Origin: an uncultured delta proteobacterium
GTDB lineage: Bacteria; Desulfobacterota; Binatia; UBA9968
NCBI GenBank assembly: GCA_963728565.1
Contig: CAVSLC010000010.1
Location: 1 to 64,000, forward strand
Length of the DNA: 64,000 nt
Direction of reading: 5' to 3'
The notes under the pieces were generated by a model. It made no database searches. It was given only the letters and a program-made list of their open reading frames with translations, and had not been told where the DNA came from. Shown one piece after another: positions 55,363 to 64,000 of the stretch (position 1 is the stretch's first letter; each line of letters starts with the position of its first letter). A program made the translations under genes and the position numbers.

Positions 55363-56504
55363 CTCATGCGGTTATCTATCATTACTTTGCATGCGCATGC
55401 GCAATCGAGCGCTAGCCTCTCGCTCCATTGCCTCGAGGCTTTTGGCGCTGCTTTACTATCCAAGGTAACTCCGGCTTTCAGCAGCCTCAGCACAGCGGCC
55501 TCTTCCGGTTCGAGGTCATGCGCGTCGTTGATTTCCTTCTTGAGCCGCCGACGCAGAGCGCGCAACAGAGTCCCGTCGGTATAGGACTGAATCACCGCCG
55601 GGTGAATATAGCATTTCCGGCACACCGCTTTGGTATTGCCCAATTTCTTGGCGACGGATTCAATTGCTTGAACTATATTGCGTTTGCTTTCCGCATCAGA
55701 CGCAGCGCTTTGGAACTCCTGCAATGCTCGTGCGGCCAACACCGTTCCTGCCCAGGTGCGGAAATCCTTAGTGCTGAATTCTTCACCGGCAATCTGGCGG
55801 ATGTACTCGTTAACATCAGTGGAGTCGATGGTGCGACGCTCGCCATCATCGTCGATGTACTGAAACAGCTCATAACCCGGCAGATCCTGGCAGCGTTTGA
55901 TGATCTTTGCCAAGCGACGATCATTGATATCCAACGCATGCTCGACGCCGCTCTTGCCGCGAAACTCGAAACTGATCGTCGAACCGGAAACATTGACGTG
56001 GCGATTCCTCAGGGTTGCCAGGCCGAAGGATTTATTTTGCCGAGCGTACTCCTCGTTGCCGACACGAATGTGGCTGGTTTCAAGCAGCCTTACTACCGTT
56101 GCGAGGATTTTATCGCGCGGTAACCCGGGCCGCCGAAGGTCGTTGTCGACTCTTTGACGAATCAGCGGCAGAGCTTTCGCGAAGGCCAGAATACGACCAT
56201 ATTTGTTTTCATCTCTGACCTCGCGCCATCGGGGGTGATAACGATGCTGTTTTCTGCCCTTGGCATCGCGCCCGGTCGCTTGCAGGTGGCCATTGCGTAT
56301 CGGACAGATCCAAACCTCACGCCAGGCCGGCGGTATCGCCAAAGATTTGATGCGTTGCAATTCTTCCGGATCACGGATGACTTTGCCGGAGGGATCAATG
56401 TATTGGAACGCTGCGCCGCTCCTTCGGCGGGAAATACCTGGCTGATCATCCGTCACGTAACGGAGGCTCGCAGCCTTGGCTGATTCGACTGGATCCGGAG
56501 ACAC
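55359..56504 (-). CDS. Bacterial type IB DNA topoisomerase
   Basis: LAIPPAW, GHLQATGRDAKGRKQ, IRVGNEEY, FRGKSG, KDFRTW, LGNT.AVCRKCYIHP. Confidence 0.95.
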   Translation of the reverse strand: MSPDPVESAKAASLRYVTDDQPGISRRRSGAAFQYIDPSGKVIRDPEELQRIKSLAIPPAWREVWICPIRNGHLQATGRDAKGRKQHRYHPRWREVRDENKYGRILAFAKALPLIRQRVDNDLRRPGLPRDKILATVVRLLETSHIRVGNEEYARQNKSFGLATLRNRHVNVSGSTISFEFRGKSGVEHALDINDRRLAKIIKRCQDLPGYELFQYIDDDGERRTIDSTDVNEYIRQIAGEEFSTKDFRTWAGTVLAARALQEFQSAASDAESKRNIVQAIESVAKKLGNTKAVCRKCYIHPAVIQSYTDGTLLRALRRRLKKEINDAHDLEPEEAAVLRLLKAGVTLDSKAAPKASRQWSERLALDCACACKVMIDNRMR

Positions 56505-56718
56505 GACCGCGCCGAGCGCTTTGCTGGCCGCTTCCGGATCAAAGCGACATCAGCCTTCATTGTGATAAAGGCTCTGGCAGAGAACTCGTGCAATCGGCCC
56601 TATGAGAGGAGGACGCGTAATCACCGATGCAAAGTTTATCGTGCAGGTCAGCGTTGTACTCGAGTGTTTACGGCCCGGCCCCTGCGAGGGGGCCGAGCCG
56701 CTGGATATCAGTAGCGGC

Positions 56719-57024
56719 TTAGCTGCTGTAGCGCGAATAGCCATCACCTCGATCGCTCTGATCATGACCCTCAAGCTTCACCAGCTTGTTATAGAGTCCG
56801 ATGATCAACCAGGTGGGGACCCACTGTCCGATGAAGTTCCCCCACTTGCCCCGACCGCCGATCTGCATCGCCAGTGAAAGCGCCATCGCCCCGAGCGCGA
56901 CTCCTAAGAACGCGGAGGATGGTATCGCGCCGGTATATTTTTCAATCGATTTTGTAAACTGATCCTCAGTCCTGCTGGGCTGTTGCGATTGCCCCGTTCC
57001 AAAAGCTCCCTCATAATTTTCCAT
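56719..57024 (-). CDS. Conserved small membrane protein
   Basis: AAGGAGG RBS; IPSSAFL..A.GAM..SL..GNFIGQWVPT.LI.GLYNKLVKLEGHD. Confidence 0.8.
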   Translation of the reverse strand: MENYEGAFGTGQSQQPSRTEDQFTKSIEKYTGAIPSSAFLGVALGAMALSLAMQIGGRGKWGNFIGQWVPTWLIIGLYNKLVKLEGHDQSDRGDGYSRYSS

Positions 57025-57341
57025 GATAACCTCCTTCAGTTTGCTGACGGTTAGTGAATGCGGACGCGAATCTACGTTACGTGTTTTTAGCAGCCCGGGG
57101 GGTACGCTTATACGGAGAGCAAAACACGTACCAGCACTTAAAGCACAGGGCATGTCGTGAATGGCTTGAAGATTTTTCGGAACGCCTGCAAGGGCTGATC
57201 TTACGAACGAAGCAGAGCGGCGGATTTAAGTCTTAACTCTGAGACGACCAGGGTTAAATCTACAGCGTGTGGGTAATCGTGAGTTTCAGAATACGTCGAC
57301 GCCGAACCAGCCAGATGATAACACTTGCATGCGACATGCAA

Positions 57342-58778
57342 TCAACTAATGCGCTGGGGCATCCTGGCAGTGCCGGAGGGCGAACTGTGGCTGCGATCTT
57401 TCCCCGACCCTAATCTGATTCTAAAGGGAGCGCCTGCATCACGTAACCAGATGATCGCCTCACCGGCGTTGATCGGGATGGCGGGAGTCTCGAACATTTC
57501 ATCAGGCGACAACCCCGGGAGTTGACTGAAAGCAGCCGCGCCGGAAGGATCGAGCGCCAATACAATATTCACAGATGACCGGATGGAGCGGGCGACGGCG
57601 TTGGGATTACCGGTCGCGCACATCATTCCTTCAAACTGAGAAGGAATATCCAGCGGCGCGGGTTGCCACGATCTGGAAAGGACATCCTGCGCTTCATCGA
57701 CAACGATCCAATGAGGATGGCCGGTCCTGGCGCGAAGTTGTTGAAGCCGGGCGAACAGCTCCTGAATGAAGGAGCTTCGTTGGCGCATGCTCACGCCGCT
57801 CAAGTTAATAATCGCATTCTCCGCCGGATCCTTCAGAAGACGGATGATTTCATCCACCGTGGGCGCTCGTTTAGGACGCCCGAGACCAATTGCGTTGGAC
57901 ACCTCCTCGAAAGCGCCGCGCGGATCAAGCAGGCAGTACTGATAGCGTTGCTTGCAAAGATTCTCGATAAACGCGCTGGCGACGTTTCGTCTCTGATCAT
58001 CAGATGAACCGGCGAGTAAAATGTTTGACGCGAACGGCGAAACGCGAATTTCCCTGCCATCAGCCGCAGTGCCCAGCAGCAGATGATGCCTGGTCAGGCT
58101 GGTGTCACGATCACGAAGATCGCTAACGATGATTTCGTTGATTAGTTCTGCGGCGCCTTCGCCATTGGCAGCCGTGGTAACAAAATCCGCCTTTTCCTGC
58201 AACATCGGCAATGCATTGGCGACCGCGACAGAACATTCGCAAAGCGCCAGAAGAGCATGGTCGTTTTCGGCGTCACCGACCGCCGCGACGTTGTGCGGCG
58301 ACAAATTCATTTCTTTCAGAGCGGCCGCAAGTCCGGTAGCCTTGCTCGTGCCCGAAGGCAGGATCATCACCGCCCCTTTATTGAAAATCAACTGCAGCTC
58401 CAGCCCAAGCTCGCGAATAGTATCGAGGACCAACGTCTCATGGGGATGATGCGTCGAAACAATGACATCGCCTACGGAAATCGGTACGCCTCGTTCCCGA
58501 AGACGGGCCACGAACTTTGCCGGTGGCGGACTCGCTAGAATTTTTTTCTCGCCGGTTGCCGGGTGATACAGCAAAACACCATTTTCCGCGACAACCCGTT
58601 CAAAAATAGTATAATGAGGAAATACCGAGATAAGATCTTCTAACTCACGCCCAGTGACGAGGATCAGCTTCCGGCCCGATGCTATGAAACGTTGCAGGGC
58701 TGCTAATGTGCGGCTCGAGACTTGACCATCGCTAGCCAGAGTTCCATCGTAATCGCAGGCCAAAGCGAGGTAGCGCAT
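57342..58778 (-). CDS. HAD-IIB (Cof/SPP-like) hydrolase fused to a degenerate P-loop domain
   Basis: DYDGT, LVTGR, AENG, KATG, GDAEND, VANA; C-terminal WIVVDEAQ without Walker A. Confidence 0.88.
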   Translation of the reverse strand: MRYLALACDYDGTLASDGQVSSRTLAALQRFIASGRKLILVTGRELEDLISVFPHYTIFERVVAENGVLLYHPATGEKKILASPPPAKFVARLRERGVPISVGDVIVSTHHPHETLVLDTIRELGLELQLIFNKGAVMILPSGTSKATGLAAALKEMNLSPHNVAAVGDAENDHALLALCECSVAVANALPMLQEKADFVTTAANGEGAAELINEIIVSDLRDRDTSLTRHHLLLGTAADGREIRVSPFASNILLAGSSDDQRRNVASAFIENLCKQRYQYCLLDPRGAFEEVSNAIGLGRPKRAPTVDEIIRLLKDPAENAIINLSGVSMRQRSSFIQELFARLQQLRARTGHPHWIVVDEAQDVLSRSWQPAPLDIPSQFEGMMCATGNPNAVARSIRSSVNIVLALDPSGAAAFSQLPGLSPDEMFETPAIPINAGEAIIWLRDAGAPFRIRLGSGKDRSHSSPSGTARMPQRIS

Positions 58779-58888
58779 GTTTCCGTTTCCTCCGAGCATC
58801 TGGGTTGCATACTTCTAGAATAGGGGATGAACGGGAGCATTTCAAACGTCTTTGCCGCCGACCATTGGTGTATGAAGGATCTGAGATT

Positions 58889-61041
58889 ATGAACGAAATT
58901 ATTCGCTTGCCCGATGAATTCTACATCCTTGCGACAGCATCCGCTGCAGAGGAGTCCCGAGTCCTAAAGATGGGCGAGAGCTTTGGAATTTTCGACCGCT
59001 ACGGCGATATTCTTCAGTATGGCTTAGGCGAACAAGGAATCTATCACGAGGGAACACGGTTCCTCTCTTATCTTGAACTTCGCATGGGAAACATCCGCCC
59101 TTTTCTACTGAGCTCGATGATCAAAGAAGACAACATTCTCTTCACCGTCGATTCGACCAACCCCGATGTTTACGTCGACGGCACGATCGCGCTGCGCCGC
59201 GGTGATGTGCATCTATATCGCTCAAAATTCATCTGGCAGGCAGTCTGTTATGAACGGCTGCAACTGGTCAACTATAGCCTGTTGCCCATCGAAATTTCTT
59301 TTGCGATTCGCTTCGACGCCGATTTTGCCGACATTTTCGAAGTGCGCGGCGTCAAAAGAGAAAAGCGAGGGACGCGCCTGGTGGATGAGACTCGACAAGG
59401 ATCGCGCGATGCTGAGCTATCTTGGCCTGGACGACATCGTTCGCCAAACAATCATCGAGTTTTCTCCAGCCCCGGAGAAGCTGGCGCCTGGTGAAGCGAC
59501 CTTTCACAGAATTCTCGATCCTAAAAAACCCGAGGCGTTTTTAGTCTCGTACGCGTGCAAATCGAAACGCTCTGTTCCGGTTCGCCGCCCCGTAGAGCTG
59601 GCGCTGAAACAAGCCGAACAAGCGCTAGCTGCCTACAAAGCGGAGGAGTGCCAAGTCCGCACGTCGAATCATGAGTTCAACGGCTGGCTCGACCGCTCCT
59701 ACGCCGATATTCATATGATGATTACCGACGGCCAAGATCTTTATCCGTACGCGGGAGTGCCGTGGTTCAGCACGGTGTTCGGCCGGGATGGGATTATTAC
59801 GTCGTGGGAGCTTTTATGGATTTTCCCCCGGGTCGCGCGCGGCGTGCTGCGTTACTTGGCGGAGACGCAAGCGACGGAAGTTATCTCCGAGCGCGACGCC
59901 GAACCCGGAAAGATTCTGCACGAGATGCGCCTGGGAGAAATGGCCAGCTTGGGTGAAATTCCTTTTGACCGCTACTACGGCAGCACCGACAGTACGCCTT
60001 TGTTCGTTATGCTGGCGGGTGCTTACGTCACTCGCACGAACGATGTTGAATTCGCTCGCTGGATCTGGCCGCACGTGAGGCGCGCGCTGCACTGGATTGA
60101 AGAGTACGGTGACGTCGACGGCGATGGCTTTGTCGAAACGTTGCGCCGCTCATCGCATGGGTTGGTGCAGCAAGGCTGGAAAGATTCGTGGGACTCCGTT
60201 TTTCATCAAGACGGAACTCTCACCGAGGCGCCACTGGCGCTGTGTGAGGTTCAGGGTTACGTGTACGCCGCCAAACTTGCGGCGGCAGGAATCGCGACGC
60301 TCCTCGGCCATAGCGACGAAGCCGTGAGGCTTGTCAGTGAGGCCGAGCGACTCAAAGAGCAATTTCAACCAAGTGTTTTGGTGTGACGAGCTTTCGATCT
60401 ACGCGTTGGCGCTCGATCAAGCAAAGCGTCCTTGCAAGGTGCGAGCATCGAACGCCGGCCATTGCCTGTTTGCCGGTATTGCTACGGATGAGTATGCGTT
60501 GCGTACTGCAAGCACGTTGATGAGCGAAGATTTTTTTTCCGGCTGGGGAATCCGGACATTATCGACCAACGAAGTGCGTTACAACCCGATGTCCTACCAT
60601 AATGGATCGATTTGGCCGCACGATAATGCCGTGATCGCAGCCGGCTTTGCTCGTTATGGTTTGAAAGAACCGATATCCACGGTGATCACCGGACTGTTCG
60701 AGGCCAGCCTCTACTTTGAAATGCATCGTTTGCCCGAGCTTTTCTGCGGTTTTCCGAGACGCGAAGGTGAAGGGCCGACCCTGTATCCGGTTGCCTGCGC
60801 GCCGCAAGCGTGGGCGGCCGGCTCGGTCTTTTTAATGCTGCAAGCGTGTTTGGGACTCTCGGTCCATGCGAGCGATGCGAAGATTTACTTCGACTCGCCT
60901 GTGCTGCCCGAGTGCATCAATGAGATATACTTGAAGAACCTGCGGGTCGATTCGTCACTACTCGACTTAGTAGTCGATCGTTCCTTTCAAGGCATTGGAA
61001 TTGAGCGCCGCCAGGGCGACGCCAGCATTGTGATCAGTTGA
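58889..61041 (+). CDS. Amylo-alpha-1,6-glucosidase / GDE-like (alpha/alpha)6 glycoside hydrolase (frameshifts ~59385, ~60370)
   Basis: ADFADIFEVRG, AGVPWFSTVFGRD, EPGKILHE, YYGSTDSTPLF, QGWKDS, YHNGSIWPHD, RLPELFCG, ACAPQAW. Confidence 0.9.
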
Positions 61042-62061
61042 AGCTTTGATCACGCGGCGGTAGACGCTGAGGTAATCTTGCGCCATACGAGAGGCGCTAA
61101 AACGTTCTTCGAAAACCCGGCGACAGCGCCGGCGGTCAAAAGCCGGAATCTTACGAAGCGCCTGAAGGGCGCCTTCGATGTCGTCGACGATGTAACCTGT
61201 GATGCCCTCCTGGATCAACTCCGGTACCGAGCCACGCCGAAACGCAATAATCGGAGTGCCGCATGCCATCGCTTCGATAATCACCAGGCCGAAAGGTTCC
61301 GGCCAATCGATCGGAAACAGCAAGGCATAAGCGTTCGCGAGAAATTCTTTTTTGTCCTTGTCGCCGATCTCGCCGATAAATTCCGCCGACGAATTGCTCA
61401 AGATGGGTCTGATCACCTGTTCCATGTAATTACGATCGGCGGCATCGGTCTTGGCGGCAATGCGAAGTCTCATGCCCGAACGAGCGGCGATTTCGATTGC
61501 GCGATCTAGCCGTTTTTCCGGTGAGATTCGTCCAACGAACGCGAGATAATTCCCGGGTTTCTCACCGCAATCATAAAGCTCCAGAGGCAAGCCATGATAG
61601 ATCGTCTGTTGCCAGTTGGCGCGGGGCAGAGGTGTGCGTTGCGCATTCGAGATCGATACAACTGGCATTTCGCTGAATTTTTTGTACACGGGCATCAGGT
61701 CGGCAAGATCAAGCCGGCCATGCAGGGTGGTCACGTGCGGAACCGAGTATCGACGCGCTAGCGGGAAATGAAGGTAATCGGTATGAAAGTGGATGATGTC
61801 AAAACGGGACGCTCTCTCGAAAACCTCTTCGAGCATAACATAGTGATGAGCAAGCGGGTCGAACACATTGTCGAGACGCAGGGCTCGCTTGCGCGCCGCT
61901 ATGAGTTGCGCCGCAGTGACCGAATCGCCGCTGGCGAAGAGCGTGACCTCGTGTCCCTGCGCCACCAACTCCTCGGTCAGGTAAGAAACGATCCGTTCAG
62001 TGCCGCCATAAGTTCGCGGCGGCACACTTTCATAAAGAGGCGAGACCTGCGCGATTTTCAT
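60967..62061 (-). CDS. GT4-family glycosyltransferase
   Basis: MKIAQVSPLYESVPP..YGGTER, TTLHGRLD, GRISPEK, WPEPFGLVIIEAMACGTP. Confidence 0.93.
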   Translation of the reverse strand: MKIAQVSPLYESVPPRTYGGTERIVSYLTEELVAQGHEVTLFASGDSVTAAQLIAARKRALRLDNVFDPLAHHYVMLEEVFERASRFDIIHFHTDYLHFPLARRYSVPHVTTLHGRLDLADLMPVYKKFSEMPVVSISNAQRTPLPRANWQQTIYHGLPLELYDCGEKPGNYLAFVGRISPEKRLDRAIEIAARSGMRLRIAAKTDAADRNYMEQVIRPILSNSSAEFIGEIGDKDKKEFLANAYALLFPIDWPEPFGLVIIEAMACGTPIIAFRRGSVPELIQEGITGYIVDDIEGALQALRKIPAFDRRRCRRVFEERFSASRMAQDYLSVYRRVIKASTDHNAGVALAALNSNALKGTIDY

Positions 62062-62164
62062 TCGGGATCCTTAAAAAAAGCGCCGACAACGATGCTAGGG
62101 GCAGATTTGATTGCGGCGGAAACTTTAAATCAAGTAAATCGAAGACGCGGATAATTTGTTATTA

Positions 62165-62180
62165 CGCAATGGCGATGCCA
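62165..62180 (-). promoter_or_regulatory. sigma54 -24/-12 promoter
   Basis: TGGCATCGCCATTGCG on the minus strand; TGT-N12-ACG at 62297-62314. Confidence 0.8.
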
Positions 62181-62502
62181 TTTAGAATGCCGAAACTGAA
62201 GAGATGAAAAAAGCAGCAGAGTCGATGCTTAAAGTCTTCAGCAGCAACGATAGTTGCTATCGCATTGCGCGGAACGGAACATTATAACTCCGCTCTTGTA
62301 TCTATTTTGAGACGAAGGCGGTCTTGTGAAGCGAGGCCACATGTCAGAGAATTCAACGCGCCGCTAGGACAGGGAACGGTAAACTTTCGTAAATCAGATG
62401 ACCATCCGGTCTTTTTCTCGGCGACCAAAATGTTAAGCTCAATCCTCTAGCCGGATCGCGTACGGATCCGCGCAGCCGAACTATCTGCGAAGGAGAGGGG
62501 CC

Positions 62503-62974
62503 ATGCGAAAGCGCATTATTAACCGTGAGAGAAACTCCTTACCTCTCGATCAATCCGTGGCTGGACCTGGAATCCCTGGCGCACGTCGAAGTATCCTCTG
62601 AAGAAGCGCAGCACCCGATCGAAGCGGCGTTGGTTCCGGGCGCTTCGCCCGGTTGGCGCGCGGCAGCGCCGGGGCAGCAGATTGTTCGCCTGATGTTCGA
62701 TGACCCGCAGAATCTCCGGCTGATTCATCTGGTGTTCGATGAGCATGAGCAGGAACGGCTGCAGGAGTATACACTGCGATGGTGCTCGGGTGTCGGCCAG
62801 CCTTATCGCGAGATTGTGCGACAGCAATACAACTTTAGCCCGCCAACCACCAGCAGAGAGGTTGAAGATTTCAATGTCAATCTCGACAGCTGCGCCGAAT
62901 TGGAGCTCAGTATTATTCCCGATCTCAAAGGATCGGCAGCTCATGCCTCGATCGCGGAGTTTCGCCTGGCTTGA
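62503..62974 (+). CDS. Galactose-binding-like/discoidin-fold protein (probable frameshift ~62555; start MRKRII)
   Basis: GGAG RBS before the ATG at 62503; WLDLE..A.VEVSSE...HPIE.AL..GWRAA.PG.Q..REIVRQQYNFSP. Confidence 0.75.
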
Positions 62975-63040
62975 CCAACGATGCTGATCCGCTGGACGTA
63001 TCGAAATCATACTAAGTTAATCTAAAGGGAGATCTTGCAG

Positions 63041-63208
63041 ATGATTGAAGCCAATACCAATTGCCCAAAATGCGGCGACGGCACGATGGAAATAGTTCCT
63101 GAGCAGAGAGCCCTTGCGCCGGATTTACCCGAGGATAACGAACTTAAGGCGAGGTGCGACAAATGCGGCTATGAGGATCGAGTCGAGGTGGTAGCGACTG
63201 ATGAGTAA
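63041..63208 (+). CDS. 55-aa zinc-ribbon protein (absent from ORF track)
   Basis: AGGGAG RBS; CPKCG ... CDKCGY. Confidence 0.72.
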   Translation: MIEANTNCPKCGDGTMEIVPEQRALAPDLPEDNELKARCDKCGYEDRVEVVATDE

Positions 63209-63420
63209 ACACGAGTCGAAAATGCTTTCGCACAGCGCCGTCCATCATCGTTTGTGAATTAGCACGTCTTTCTCTTCGCGCTTCATAATCTTCGTCACTA
63301 CTCGGACGGTCTGATCTATCCCAGACCGCGCCGGCAAATCCATTATCTCGCGGCCAAAAGCCCGACCGCAGAAACCGATTGACGAATCTCAGCGGATTCG
63401 TATACGATCCCTTACCTCTC

Positions 63421-64000
63421 ATGAATGGCTTAGAACTTCCCACGGTTCTCAACGTCGATGACAACGAAGCGCGGCGCTACGCCAAGAGCCGCATCCTCAA
63501 ACGCGGCGGATATCAGGTGATCGAGTCGGAGACCAGCGCCGAGGCATTGCGGGTTGTCAAGGAGTTTCAACCGAGTCTTGTACTGCTCGATGTCAAGTTG
63601 CCCGATACCAGCGGCTTTGCAGTCTGCGAAGCGATTAAAGCAGACCCGGCAACCGCGCACATTATGGTTCTGCAAATTTCGGCTATGTACCTTAGCCCGG
63701 AGGATCGGGCTATTGGCTTGGAGCGCGGCGCTGACACGTATTTGACCGAGCCGGTTGAACCCGCGGAACTTCTAGGCGCGACAAAGGCGTTGTTGCGTCT
63801 CTACGTACGCGATCAAGAGAAACGCTTTCTCCTTGATCAACTTCGCGAGGCTAATCGTCAAAATGCGGCGCAGCTGGCGGAACTCAATTCTATCTATGCA
63901 ACAGCTCCGGTGGGTCTCGCCGTACTAGATACCGAGTTGCGTTATATCCGGGTAAACGATTTGCTCGCGGAGAAGAATGGTATACCGGCCGACCAACACG
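63421..64000 (+). CDS. 5' part of a REC-PAS hybrid sensor (runs off the window), paralogous to 16835
   Basis: MNGLELPTVLNVDDNEARRYAKSRILKRGGY..LVLLDVKLPD..LQISA..YLTEPVE..PAS IYATAPVGLAVLD. Confidence 0.88.
   Translation, partial: MNGLELPTVLNVDDNEARRYAKSRILKRGGYQVIESETSAEALRVVKEFQPSLVLLDVKLPDTSGFAVCEAIKADPATAHIMVLQISAMYLSPEDRAIGLERGADTYLTEPVEPAELLGATKALLRLYVRDQEKRFLLDQLREANRQNAAQLAELNSIYATAPVGLAVLDTELRYIRVNDLLAEKNGIPADQH

Noticed and set aside
55359-56504. TopIB as evidence of a virus or prophage
   Set aside because: Bacterial-type TopIB, with no phage or integrase genes nearby
57142-57157. CGACATGCCCTGTGCT (minus strand) as a sigma54 promoter
   Set aside because: Lacks the invariant GG; left uncalled although a near-UAS lies at 57229
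58794-58809. GAGCATCTGGGTTGCA as a sigma54 promoter
   Set aside because: AG instead of GG at -24
62243-62258. Palindrome AGCAAC-GATA-GTTGCT
   Set aside because: Single occurrence that does not fit the recurrent 18-bp element

Overview
Bacterial chromosomal window, about 55-57% GC by eye. Gene content suggests a soil Deltaproteobacteria-like lineage such as Binatia (inference only). 1-7.6 kb: end of a surface-polysaccharide cluster (GT4, gmd, fcl, CapD/PglF-like, nucleotide-sugar dehydrogenase) with many 1-nt frameshifts, probably long-read errors. 8.4-22.4 kb: a signalling block with a degenerate PAS kinase, an NtrC-family sigma54 activator (GAFTGA), a stressosome operon (rsbR-rsbS-rsbT, HATPase-SpoIIE phosphatase) and two hybrid kinases, one with a FixL-like heme PAS. 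No sigB/rsbV/rsbW is present in the window. 22.8-64 kb: a dense general-stress/desiccation island (CsbD, BON, DUF1328, DUF3309, DUF3096, lmo0937-like, YqjD-like, DUF3618, PRC-barrel, YihY, AI-2E, TamAB, DUF748, PLD, DksA-like, ASRT, RecQ, TopIB, glycoside hydrolases, GT4, HAD). Main non-annotated signal: about 16 sigma54 -24/-12 promoters (mostly TGGCAT-N5-TTGC) lie upstream of the stress genes. Many are preceded by an 18-bp palindromic YGT-N12-ACR element, often in pairs 32 bp apart. This suggests a sigma54/bEBP-driven general stress regulon that may be wired to a stressosome in place of sigmaB. No tRNA, rRNA, CRISPR array or mobile element was seen.
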